In this document: positions 42,019 through 60,179 of the stretch, in pieces | Numbering within the stretch: the stretch's first letter is position 1 | How the letters are laid out: each line of letters opens with the position of its first letter | From: Macrostomum lignano | Taxonomy: Eukaryota | Length of the DNA stretch: 64,000 nucleotides | Assembly: GCA_002269645.1 (NCBI GenBank) | Contig: NIVC01001104.1 | Span: 293,447 to 357,446, forward strand | Direction: 5' to 3' | Position numbers and translations under genes: made by a program | The notes under the pieces: generated by a model | The model's database searches: none | Told to the model about the DNA's origin: nothing | The model's input: the letters and a program-made list of their open reading frames with translations, nothing else

Positions 42019-43353
42019 ATGAACGAGACTACAGCTTACAATGTGACCTACTGCACCACCCACATGTTCGTGGCCACGGTCACAGTACTGTTCAGTCTGG
42101 TTGTACTCCTTGGCTTCTTCGGCAACCTGCTAGTGATCACGGTGATAGTGGCCAACAATCACATGCGGAACACCACAAACATATTGATCACATCATTGGC
42201 CATAGCCGATCTATTATTCATCATATTCTGCGTCCCGCCAACCGTTCTGGTGTACATCATGGGCTGGGTGTTCGGCCACGCTGCCTGCGTGCTGTTCCAG
42301 TACTTCACCTACGTGCCGGTGTACGGCAGCGTGTACACCCTGGTGCTGATGAGCGCCGACCGGTACCTGGCCGTGGTGCACCCCATCAGGAGCATCGGCC
42401 TGCGCAACCAGCGCAACACCCTCATCGCCGTTGCCGCCACCTGGCTGCTGATCAGCGTCTGTCACGTACCGTTCGCTGTCGACGTCGGCGTCATCAACAT
42501 GGGCAGCTGCCGGGTGGACAACTTGAGCGTCAGGCCGCTCGACATCTGCGCTAACAGGCGCTTCCTTGACGAGTTCGGCGGCTTCAGCGCTTCTGGCAAG
42601 CTGTTCTACACTCTGTTCGGCCTGCTGGGCTACCTGCTGCCGTTCCTGGTCATCATCACCCTGTACGCCCTGCTGGTGAGGAAGCTCACCTGCGGCCGCG
42701 CCGCCGGCGTCTCAAAGTCCGGCGAAGCGGCCAGGTCGAAGCGCCGAGTCACCCGCATGGTTGTTATCGTCATCGTGATCTTCGGCACCTGCTGGCTGCC
42801 CATCCACGTGGTGTTCGCCTTGCAGATGTGGTACAAAGACTTCGAGGACGACTGGTTCCGCTACCTGCAGGCGGGCTCACAGATGCTGGCCTACATGAAC
42901 AGCTGCGTCAACCCCATCCTGTACGCCTTCCTGTCCGAGAATTTCCGGCAAGCCTTCGCCAAGTTTCTTGGAATCCAGTTGAAACCGAAAACCCGGCGAG
43001 ACAATCACAACTGCGACACGCGCGCCCTCGCCACCGGCGTCAACCGCGTCCGGGCGGCTCACGGCGATGGTGGCGACGGCGACGGCGACGGTGAGGGCGA
43101 TGACGACGGCGAAGACGGCGAAGTCAACGGCGAGGGCGCGTCGGCGAACCGCCCGAAATCGAATTCGTCGGTGGAGGCCACCGACGGTGAGCCGTTGTCA
43201 GCTCAGGATTGGCGGCGAGAAGCCGCAGCGGCGCTGAGCCAGCAAGCGGACGAGAACTGCTCAGCCGAGGAACCAGACGATGAAGAGTCCAAGCCGCTTA
43301 ACAACACCTTGGAGCTGAGCGCTCAGGTGCACAGAGACTGTCTGGACTCGTGA
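42019..43353 (+). CDS. AstA-R: Class A neuropeptide GPCR, allatostatin-A/galanin receptor-like; single coding exon (444 aa)
   Basis: GNLLV (TM1), MRNTTNILI..LAIADLLFIIFCVP (TM2), SVYTLVLMSADRYLAVVHP (DRY), CWLP (TM6), NSCVNPILY (NPxxY). N-glycosylation sequons NET and NVT at the N-terminus. The TM1-TM3 motifs are characteristic of AstA/galanin receptors. Confidence 0.88.
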   Translation: MNETTAYNVTYCTTHMFVATVTVLFSLVVLLGFFGNLLVITVIVANNHMRNTTNILITSLAIADLLFIIFCVPPTVLVYIMGWVFGHAACVLFQYFTYVPVYGSVYTLVLMSADRYLAVVHPIRSIGLRNQRNTLIAVAATWLLISVCHVPFAVDVGVINMGSCRVDNLSVRPLDICANRRFLDEFGGFSASGKLFYTLFGLLGYLLPFLVIITLYALLVRKLTCGRAAGVSKSGEAARSKRRVTRMVVIVIVIFGTCWLPIHVVFALQMWYKDFEDDWFRYLQAGSQMLAYMNSCVNPILYAFLSENFRQAFAKFLGIQLKPKTRRDNHNCDTRALATGVNRVRAAHGDGGDGDGDGEGDDDGEDGEVNGEGASANRPKSNSSVEATDGEPLSAQDWRREAAAALSQQADENCSAEEPDDEESKPLNNTLELSAQVHRDCLDS

Positions 43354-43469
43354 TCGAGTGGTTAAACTTATCTTTAAAAAAATAGAGCGATGTCAAAATG
43401 ATTACATTATTTTATTTGCTTGTGCTGTGTAAGTAGCTTAGACTCTGCCGTTTATGACCTACGTCTATG

Positions 43470-46946
<3,477 letters not shown>

Positions 46947-47759
46947 GGTGCATGGCTCGCAAGCTTAAGAATCCAATATAAACCGCCGAATGTCCAGCGG
47001 ATTAAGAGAAGAAATTAGCAGCTGGCCAGGCGAGCAAGCGGGGGACTCTCTTGGATAGAGGAGGGAAATGAGAGTCTGCATGACGAAGATGAAGAGGGAA
47101 GGGCAAAAGAGGCGAGAGAAAACTGTAAGAAAGGGGGGTCGGCTGCTGGGTGAAAAGAAATGTCCAGAAGCTTGTGGAGGCTGCGCCATTGCCTGTGTTT
47201 CACACTGTGCAACAACCTGCTACTGGGAGAAAAAGCAGAGAGAGGGCTGGGAAAGTTCCCTGGCAGACACGGTGGAGGAAGGATTAAGAAACTAAAAAAG
47301 GAAGCCAGGGTTTGCGGGTCGAGCAGTCTGCGGGGACCGGGATGGCAGGCAGACTCCAGCAGCACTTACTTCGCGCCTTGTTCTGCTAGAAGAGAAAACA
47401 CCGAGGATGTCCAGCAGGGCTTAGAAAAAAGGAATTTGCCCAAGGTGAAAATGCCAACTCTGATGGACCGTAGCCCAGCTTCTTAATATCCCACCTTGTG
47501 TGTCCCCAGTGTCTGATAAGCGGCTATCGCGGAACTGCCAACTGCGGGAAGTTTTCTTCGGTGCTGGTTATTTCTGGCCCAGCTGAGCTGGCCTAGCAAC
47601 TAATCATTTTGAGGTCATTAACTTCGCTGACTGAGAACTATAAATTTTCCATTCCTTTGATGGAGAGAATCTAAATTGAGTGAAGCTATTGGATAAAGAG
47701 TAGAAGTGCTTTTTGAATCTGCTGGATCTTTTTTCTATTGAGAAAATTCTATAAGATAG

Positions 47760-50710
47760 ACAAGTAGATGTAGTAGATAAAGTAGACAAAGTAGATAAAT
47801 TAGACTAAGTAGATAAAGCAGATAGAGTAGATAAAGTAAATATATGTATAGTATTCAAAATAGACTAAGTAGATAAAGTAGACAAAGTAGATAGAATAGA
47901 GAAAGTAGATAAAGTAGACAAAGTAGCTAAAGTAGACAAAGTAGATAAAGTAGACAAAGTAGACAAAGTAGATAAAGTAGACAAAGCAGATACAGTACGC
48001 GAAGTAGACTCAGTAGATTCAATTGACTACAAAGTGGACTCAGTAGAAAAAGTAGATAAAGCAGATAAAGTAGACAAAGTAGATAAAGTATGCATAGCAT
48101 ACAAAGTAGACAAGATAGACAAAGTGGATAAAGTAGGTAGGTAAGTAGATATAAAATAAGGTATAAAATTAGGCAAGTTACAAAAGTAGACAAAGGTAGA
48201 TAAAGTAGACTGAAAAAGAGACAGAACTCAAGTACAAGAGTAACTAACAAAAATTCTCGGGACAATTCCTGGTCTGCAATTCTATCCAGAAAGTAACTCG
48301 TAACTATTAGAAATAAATTATAACAAAACTTGATGCCGAAGAGGGGAACAAGCTGGGCAGAGCCAGCCGGTCAATACTTAACACACAGTCGAGACGAGTT
48401 CTCACCCGTGCTGTAAGAGACTGCTTAAAGTGCTTTGAGATTGTTGGCGAAAAGAACTGGCGGGGCTGTGGGAGGAGGGTTGAAGCAGTTCGCGTGGTTT
48501 CAAGTTAAACAAAAGAGGAGTGGGAGCCTGCGACTCAAACAAGTCTCGTGCGCTCCAGAAAATTCTCAAAGTTAAAAAAAATAAACGTCCGGAACCGATC
48601 GGCCAGTAAGCTCTTCAAAAATATGTAAAACTTCGTTGGTAAAATATGGGACTAGGGCCATTTTAACAATTTTTAATGAAAAAATGCGTTATATCAATAG
48701 AGTGACAGCTGGGTAATAAGGATATAGTGAAAGATAGAGTGATCAGGACAGAGTGAAGGACAGAGTGATCAGGACAGAGTGATCAGGACAGAGTGATCAG
48801 GACAGAGTGATCAGGACAGAGTGAAGGACAGAGTGATCAGGACAGAGTGATCAGGACAGAGTGATCAGGACAGAGTGATCAGGACAGAGTGATCAGGACA
48901 GAGTGAAGGACAGAGTGATCAGGACAGAGTGATCAGGACAGAGTGAAAGACAGAGTGATCAGGACAGAGTGATCAGGACAGAGTGAAGGACAGAGTGATC
49001 AGGATAGAGTGATCACGATAGAGTGATCAGGACAGAGTGATCAGGACAGAGTGATCAGGACAGAGTGATCAGGACAGAGTGATCAGGACAGAGTGAAAGA
49101 CAGAGTGATCAGGACAGAGTGATCAGGACAGAGTGATCAGGACAGAGTGATCAGGATAGAGTGATCAGGATAGATCAGGACAGAGTGATCAGGACAGAGT
49201 GAAAGACAGAGTGATCAGGACAGAGTGATCAGGACAGAGTGAAAGACAGAGTGATCAGGACAGAATGATCAGGACAGAGTGAAAGACAGAGTGATCAGGA
49301 TTGAGTGATCAGGACAGAGTAACCAGGACAGAGTGATCAGGACAGAGTGAAAGACACAGTGATCAGGATAGAGTGATCAGGACAGAGTGATCAGGACAGA
49401 GTGATCAGGACAGAATGATCAGGACAGAGTGAAAGACAGAGTGATCAGGATTGAGTGATCAGGACAGAGTAACCAGGACAGAGTGATCAGGACAGAGTGA
49501 AAGACACAGTGATCAGGATAGAGTGATCAGGACAGAGTGATCAGGACAGAGTGATCAGGACAGAGTGATCAGGACAGAGTGATCAAAACAGAGGGAAAGC
49601 CAGAGTGATCAGGACAGAGTGAAAGACAGAGTGATCAGGATGGAGTGAAGGAGTTAAAGTGAAGAACAGACTCAAGGGCAGAAAAAGACAGAGAGAAAAA
49701 CCGGAGACAAACAAAGAAGCGAGCAGCGGGCATGATAACACCTCGTACTAGATCAGCACTCCAGGTAGATAAACAAGCGGCTAGAGAAAGATTGATGAGA
49801 TAAGCTGATAAACTGAGACTATAACTACAACCCAGTGAAAGTGACTGCAAACTAATTAATTGATCGCGGTTTTGCGTGAGCCAACCTCAGCCTCAGCGCA
49901 CAATGAAAACATGCTGAGCAGGACTACAGCTTTGAAGCAAGCCTATATCGGTTTGCCGATCTGAGGCCAGACATATTGAGCGATCGCGTGAACTGACTGG
50001 CTACATCTCACAGCCTCCCTCTGCTCCAGCCGTCTGTTTCTTCCTTTGGGGCGCAACGCAGAAAAAAGTAAAAGTGGAAAAAATAAATTGAGCTCCAGGC
50101 CGACAGAGAGACCCAGAGAGTCCTGGATTTGTTTTCAAATTTCGAATTTCAATTAAAATGAGCAAAGATTTCATCCGGAATTGGATACAGTAGTAAGGAT
50201 TGGCCTCTGCGTGACTTGAAAGTCAATTGAATCAACATTCAACATCTGCAGAGATAGATCTCTGCAGATAGATGTCAGTAGATAGATGTCTGCAGAGAGA
50301 TTTCAGTAGATAGATGTCTGCAGAGAGATTTCAGTAGATAGATGTCTGCAGAGAGATTTCAGTAGATAGATGTCTGCAGATAGATGTCAGTAGATAGATC
50401 TCTGCGGATAGATTTCAGTAGATAGATGTCTGCAGAGAGATTTCAGTAGATAGATGTCTGCAGATAGATGTCAGTAGATAGATCTCTGCGGATAGATTTC
50501 AGTAGATAGATGTCTGCAGATAGATGTCAGTAGATAGATCTCTGCAGATAGATTTCAGTAGATAGATGTCTGCAGATAGATGTCAGTAGATAGATCTCTG
50601 CAGATAGATGTCAGTAGATAGATCTCTGCAGATAGATTTCAGTAGATAGATGTCTGCAGATAGATGTCAGTAAATAGATCTCTGTAGATAGATATCAGTA
50701 AATAGATCTC
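47760..50710. repeat. GTAGA(T/C)AAA array (47760-48200), 14-bp GAGTGATCAGGACA (48730-49640), 14/28-bp AGATAGAT-type array (50230-50710)
   Basis: Direct inspection. Confidence 0.9.
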
Positions 50711-50858
50711 AGTAGAGTATCACAGCAGATTAATATTTCACAGTCATTTCACTTATAATTATTAATAAACCCTTCAGATTAAATTATCTCTGTAGAAAAA
50801 GTGCTTTCATAGACCAGAAGGCAGTGAATCGTAAAATCCCGAAAAACACCCAAAGCGA

Positions 50859-53489
<2,631 letters not shown>

Positions 53490-54417
53490 TCTCTTCAGTA
53501 AATAGTTATTTATTCGGAAAGTTAAAGCCTCGTAAAAAATTCTGCTACCAAGCTGGGTTCTGTGCAGCTCACTAGATTGAAGTTTCTCCGGCCAAAATAT
53601 TTCATTCTCTGTGCCTTCTGTCCATCCCGGTTGGCTGGGTTGAGTTCTTGCTGAGAGATGCACTGCTACTGGCTTTAATTTTATTTCTTTGCAGCTCACG
53701 TCTGCTTCTTACTTTATAAATATCAGTGTGGGATGGGATGATTATCAGTGTGGGATTGGATAATTATCAGTGTGGGATTGGACGATTATCAAATGGCATA
53801 TGTTTTGGCAAAAGACGGTAGCCATATCCAACAATTCGAGAATTTATTTTTTTTACAAAAAAACTAGAGAAACAGAAAAACTAGCAGCAATCTATTTCGA
53901 ATTGAAAGCGGGAAAAGTGGAGACAAAAAGCAGAGAAGTGAGCAAAAATCTTATCGAATAAACTTCGAACTGAAAAAATAGTTTTTTTATAACGCGTTTA
54001 ACCGATTTAAGCGACAGCTCAACTAACGCAACAATCCATTTAGATTTTAGACAAATTTTCGGCAAAAATATTTCCTAGAAACAACTACATATTTTGGACT
54101 GCCAGACATTTGACTGACAAGTCTTTGATAGCTTTTGGCTCAAGCAATCTCTGCGTAATCAGAGATAGACGTCATAGAGTTACAAAAGCATGCGCTCAAC
54201 AGCCTACTCGAGACAGTAGCCAAGTAAAGTAAATTGCAACTGTCTTTTCATCGAACTTAAAAATTTTTCAGTCGCTGGCAGTCAAATGGCGGCATCCCAA
54301 AAACGACGCCTAAATAATAATAATAATAAACATTGGCGCAACAGCCTACTCGAGTCAGTAGCTAAGTTAAGTAAATCGCAAATATTTTTAACTCGGTTGA
54401 AAAAATGTTTATGGTTA

Positions 54418-55682
54418 CTACTGGGACAGATCGGCGCCCCAAAGCGGCAGGTCGGCGGGCGCCAGGCCGTGCTTAATTTTCCGGTTTTCCGTCTCGCGCG
54501 AAAAGAAATAACCGCAGGTCGGCTTTTGAAAGGTGAGAAACGGAGCCACGTCGTTCTTCTTACGGTCGCTGTCGTTGAATTCCTCGGCTAGAGGCGGCAG
54601 GAAGGCGGCGCGCAGCTGCTGCTGTTGCTGGGCCCGCATGTGCAGCCCGACTGGGACGAACTGGCGGGAACGCTGGACATTATAGCGTCTGCTCAGCTTA
54701 CTGCTCAGGCCCATCTGATGAAGCCGGGCGTGCTCCAGACTCTGCCAGGCGCGCAGCCTCGGGTCTGGATTGTAGCTGTAAACCATGGGGGTGCACTCCG
54801 GGCCGCCTTGCTGACGCTGCTGCGGCGATGACTCTTGGTACTGGCGCCAGGTGCGATTGTTGTCAACGAAGAGAATGCCAGGCTGACCAGCTGGCTCTGG
54901 GGCTGGTGCGGATCGCTGAGGAAGGAGAAAAGCGTGTTTAAAAGTACATTGTATACTGTTATTTGTTTTGCAACTAATATTTTGACTATGCTGCCCCGAA
55001 TGACGCTCATTGGCTGCAGGGACTGAATTTGTACACTTATCGATTGTTTTTTTGATTCTCTGTCCCCGTCGGGCGCTCATTGGCTGCAGGACTGAAATTC
55101 ACGCTTATCGATTGCCTAGCTCAGCTCTGATTCTCTGTCCCTGTCGGGCGCTTATTGGCTGCAGGACTGAAATGCACGCTTATCGATTGCCTAGCTCAGC
55201 TCTGATTTTCTGTCCCAGTAGGGCGCTCATTGGCTGAAGAACTAAAATGAAACTTACCAACCCTTAGATTATCGATTTATTCTCTTTTTCTCTCTGCCCC
55301 TACCTGACGCTCATTGGCTGGGTTGATCATTGTTTAAATGTACATGTATACTAGCTTCACGCACCTGCGCCGCCGTCAGCTGCATTCGCTGAGTCGTCGG
55401 CCTGCTGGCAGGCGACCCGCCTGACGACTGAGGCGCGGCCGCGGTGGCAGGCTTGCTTCGACTTTGCGTGGACGGCCTGCGTGAAGTATTCGTGGCTGGT
55501 CGCTTCGAAGCCGTGGTGGCCGGACGCGACGATGTCGCCGCCACGGCCGCAGTCGGCGCCTCGGCTGCTGGCGCCAAATCCGACAGCTCCGCTTGGATGG
55601 CGGTGTCGACTTTGGGCAGCTCCGTCTGGGTGCCGACCTCGCCGCTGCGGGCTGTGCCGGGGTCTGCTGCTTCGGTTGACAT
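54418..55682 (-). CDS. Uncharacterised protein (~271 aa) with an Ala/Ser/Thr/Pro-rich N-half and a TQT motif. Exons 55682-55365, 54915-54418
   Basis: Two GC-rich open frames join in phase 0 via CAG|GTGCGT and TTCCTCAG|CGA. The C-terminal part has ordinary protein composition (KPTCGYFFSRETENRK...LPLW). No family recognised. Confidence 0.7.
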
Positions 55683-56091
55683 CTGCGCTGGATTCAGACT
55701 GAGACTGTGCTCACCTGTGCATGTCTCTAGCCACAGCTAGCTAACACTCCCCTGCGGCGGGCAAAGCGGTCTTTTACACTAAGCCAGAGCTTAAAGCCAG
55801 AGGAGGGCCAACAATGGCTGAGACGAGAGCGCAGACTTTCTCGTCTCACCGGTCGCTCAAGCACAGCGCGCCTAGGCGCCAAAGCTTTCATTAGAGATAG
55901 AGGGCCAGGTGGCTGAATTGAAAGGCAATGAGAATGAAAAAAATATTTGAGGCTCTCTCGCCCTCAAGTAGAGAAAGGTGCAGCAGCATCTCAGCTTCTT
56001 TACAATCTCTACTCTCTATTGTGCACCTCTCGCTACCCCTCTGAGCCGTCCACTTGGTCTGTCTGTGTCGGTCGGTCGGTCGGCCGCGTGA

Positions 56092-56104
56092 GCCGCTTAG
56101 CAAC
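56092..56104. promoter_or_regulatory. X-box-like site GCCGCTTAGCAAC upstream of the TQT-motif gene
   Basis: Perfect TAGCAAC half-site with a degenerate other half, about 0.4 kb upstream of ATG 55682. Confidence 0.3.
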
Positions 56105-56369
56105 GGGCAGGCAAATGGGCGCCATTATTTTCTTTTGAGCTTGTGTATTTTTTAAAAGACATCTGCTTCACCTGTCTGTCTTTTGCTGCCTATTTATAGT
56201 GCACTTATAGTGCGTTATTGCAATTGACTCACTAAGGCTCGACGGCAAGATGGTGAAGTGTAAACAGAGATTTTGCAAACAAAACCGCTACACTAATTAC
56301 CATGGTTAATACTCGATTATTCAGTAGATGATTTTGCTAAGTTACCGCTACTTTAATTATTTCCAGTGC

Positions 56370-56814
56370 TGCAGCTACTACTACTACTACTATACTAATA
56401 ATAGTATAGTAGTACTATTATACCACTACTACAACTACTACAACTACTACTACTACTACAACTACTACTACAACAACAACTACTACTACTACAACTACTA
56501 CAACTACTACTACTACTACAACTACTACTACAACAACAACTACTACTACTACAACTACTACTACTACTACTACAACTACCACTACTACTACTACAACTAC
56601 CACTACTACTACTACAACAACTACTACTACTACTACTACTACAACTACTACTACTACTACTACAACTACTACTACTACTACTACTACTACAACTACTACT
56701 ACTACTACCACTACTACAACTACTACTACTACTACTACTACTACAACTACTACTACTACTACTACAACTACTACTACTACTACTACAACTACTACTACTA
56801 CTACTACTACTACA

Positions 56815-56858
<44 letters not shown>

Positions 56859-59564
56859 AACAACTACTACTACTACTACAACTACCACTACTACTACTAC
56901 AACTACCACTACTACTACTACAACAACTACTACTACTACTACTACAACTACTACTACTACTACTACAACTACTACTACTACTACAACAACAACAACAACA
57001 ACTACTACTACTACTACTACTACTACTACAATACTACTAAGCTCGTACTACTACAAAACTACTACTACTACCGAATACTACTACACTACTAATACACGTA
57101 CTACTTCAAGCCTTGCAATTTAATGAATCACAATTACCACCTGGAAAAATAAAATGGACGCTAAGAAATCTGTCAAGAAGTACTCAATTATTATAAATAG
57201 AATTTCTTACAAAGCAACTGTACACTTGTTAGAAAAGTTTATTCTACTAATTTGCAATAAAAAAGGATGGATAACAAAACTAGCTATAATATGTAATCAT
57301 ACAGCACGATTATTTTTTCTTCATCGTTATTTTATGAAAATTAGGAAGCCACTAAAAGTTGAAAATAATTATTGAATAATAAACGCTTAAAATTGGCAAA
57401 TCAGAAACGCACAATATGTTGCACTGCTTTGTATAGAGCACTAGCACCAAAAAAATATATAATGAAAAATATGAAGCTATCACTAAAAAATTGACATGAA
57501 AAATGAAGCTGTCAAGCCAAACAAACAACATAATCGGTTTATTAAACTTCTTGCTATCAATAAATTTACTTGCAGATTCTTGAATATATAATGTCGATTT
57601 CTACTATCTAATCAAAACAAACAGCACTTACTCAAAACTATGCTTACTCAGAAGATGAAAACTTGTATAAATGACGCATAGTCAGGTTTTGTTATTTTAC
57701 AACAGAATGTAACAGTCGGGCACTCAGTTGCCGCAGCCTGCTGTCACCAGCTGCACCTGTCGATGCTCCCGCTTCTCGCTGACCAACTCGGCCTGCAGCT
57801 CCTGGTTCTCCTGCTGCAGCCGCAGGCAGTCCGAGTTCGAGCGCTGCAGCTTCGCCCTGAGGCTGGCGATCTCCGACTCTGTGCTGCGGCTCAGCGCTCT
57901 GGTTGGTCGGATAAGGCGAAATTTATTATGCTAAACTGCTAGCAAATGGCTGCGAGTGCAGGGCGCCGGATTTACTGTCTGTCTATCTGTCTGCCTGTCT
58001 GCCTGCCTGTCTGTCTGTCTGCTGCCTGTCTGCCTGCCTGTCTGTCTGCCTGCCTGTCTGCCTGTCTGCCTGCCTGTCTGTCTGTCTGTCTGTCTGCCTG
58101 TCTGTCTGCCTGCCTGTCTGCCTGCCTGTCTGTCTGCCTGCCTGCCTGCCTGTCTGCCTGCCTGTCTGTCTGCCTGCCTGTCTGCCTGCTTGTCTGCCTG
58201 CCTGTCTGTCTGCCTGTCTGTCTGTCTGCCTGCCTGTCTGTCTTTCTGTCTGTCTGTCTGTCTGCCTGTCTGTCTGTCTTTCTGTCTGTCTGTCTGTCTG
58301 TCTGTCTGCCTGCCTGTCTGCCTGCCTGCCTGCCTGCCTGTCTGTCTGTCTGTCTGCCTGCCTGTCTGCCTGCCTGTCTGTCTGTCTGCCTGTCTGTCTG
58401 CCTGTCTGTCTGCCTGTCTGTCTGTCTGCCTGCCTGTCTGCCTGCCTGCCTGTCTGTCTGTCTGCCTGTCTGTCTGCCTGCCTGTCTGTCTGCCTGTCTG
58501 TCTGTCTGTCTGCCTGCCTGTCTGTCTGCCTGTCTGTCTGTCTGTCTGCCTGTTTGCCTGCCTGTCTGTCTGCCTGCCTGTCTGCCTGCCTGTCTGCCTG
58601 CCTGTCTGTCTGCCTGCCTGTCTGTCTGCCTGCCTGTCTGCCTGCCTGTCTGTCTGTCTGTCTGCCTGTCTGTCTGCCTGCCTGTCTGTCTGCCTGCCTG
58701 TCTGTCTGCCTGCCTGTCTGCCTGCCTGTCTGTCTTTCTGTCTGTCTGTCTGTCTGTCTGCCTGCCTGTCTGCCTGCCTGCCTGCCTGTCTGTCTGTCTG
58801 TCTGTCTGTCTGCCTGCCTGTCTGTCTGCCTGTCTGCCTGCCTGTCTGTCTGTCTGCCTGTCTGTCTGCCTGCCTGTCTGTCTGTCTGTCTGCCTGCCTG
58901 TCTGTCTGCCTGCCTGTCTGTCTGTCTGTCTGCCTGTTTGCCTGCCTGTCTGTCTGCCTGCCTGCCTGCCTGCCTGCCTGTCTGTCTGTCTGCCTGTCTG
59001 TCTGCCTGCCTGTCTGTCTGCCTGTCTGCCTGCCTGTCTGCCTGCCTGTCTGTCTGTCTGTCTGCCTGTCTGTCTGTCTGTCTGTCTGTCTGCCTGTCTG
59101 TCTGTCTGCCTGTCTGTCTGCCTGCCTGTCTGTCTGCCTGTCTGTCTGTCTGTCTGTCTGCCTGTCTGCCTGCCTGCCTGTCTGTCTGCCTGTCTGTCTG
59201 CCTGCCTGTCTGCCTGTCTGTCTGCCTGTCTGTCTGTCTGCCTGCCTGCCTGTCTGTCTGTCTGTCTGTGTCTGTCTGCCTGCCTGTCTGTCTGCCTGCC
59301 TGTCTGTCTGTCTGCCTGCCTGTCTGCCTGCCTGTCTGCCTGTCTGTCTGTCTGTCTGTCTGCCTGTCTGTCTGCCTGTCTGCCTGTCTGTCTGTCTGCC
59401 TGTCTGTCTGTCTGCCTGCCTGTCTGCCTGCCTGTCTGCCTGTCTGTCTGTCTGTCTGTCTGCCTGTCTGTCTGCCTGTCTGCCTGTCTGTCTGCCTGTC
59501 TGTCTGCCTGTCTGTCTGTCTGCCTGTCTGTCTGTCTGTCTGTCTGCCTGTCTGTCTGCCTGCC

Positions 59565-59660
<96 letters not shown>
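56370..59660. repeat. (TAC/AAC)n microsatellite (56370-57090) and (CTGT/CTGC)n satellite (57975-59660)
   Basis: Direct inspection. Confidence 0.95.
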
Positions 59661-60054
59661 CAGCCAGAATAAAATCGCATGCTCACAAGAAGTTGTGTCG
59701 TTCATCTTTTAACTTCGACTTCTTCTTTTGCAACTGCCGTTTAAGCTGGTGATTTTCGGATTCAAGCTTGGCAAGTCTAAAACGATACGAATGCCATTAA
59801 AAAAGAATAAAAGCAGCTTAAGGGTATTGGAACCATTGGTAGAGATAAAAAGCAGCTCGCCTGAGCAAAAGGTCGTCGTCAGCATCGCTCAAGTCTAAGG
59901 CGCTGTCTGTACCATTGGAATTCGGTGATTCACTAAAAAACGCAGGCTGAGGCTGTTCAGCAGCTGGAGCGGCTGGCTCGGACTCAACGAACACATATTC
60001 TCCGTCATCAACTGGACTGTCGAGCTCTTGCTCAACCGAAGCCGCTCCAGCCAT
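57724..60054 (-). CDS. Small acidic/coiled-coil protein (~122 aa). Exons 60054-59861, 57898-57724
   Basis: Exon 57898-57724 reads ALSRSTESEIASLRAKLQRSNSDCLRLQQENQELQAEL (heptad pattern) after the acceptor CCAACCAG. It joins in phase 2 to exon 1 only through AG|GCGAGC (GC donor). The intron is filled by a CTGT/CTGC satellite. Confidence 0.55.
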
Positions 60055-60179
60055 AGCGGGTAGCGATAGGCGATCGTGAACAGCCCAGATAATCTATCCA
60101 GGTACTGGATAGGTCGCTGGAATCGTTTGACTCTTTACTGTAAAATGTTTGACTGTACATATGCGTGGTAGTCGCTAGG

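Noticed and set aside
57946-59752. Very long ORFs (up to 598 aa), also 11933-12898, 17298-18486, 19131-20090, 31872-32733, 33025-33654, 43846-44853, 45987-46962, 56328-57092, 61546-62748
   Set aside because: They are translations of stop-free tandem repeats, open in several frames and strands, and several lie inside introns of the reconstructed genes.
60078-60095. Flank similarity (CAGCCCAG(A/G)TAATC) between the 11.9 kb and 60 kb arrays as shared element termini
   Set aside because: The order relative to the arrays is not collinear, so it does not define a common element boundary.
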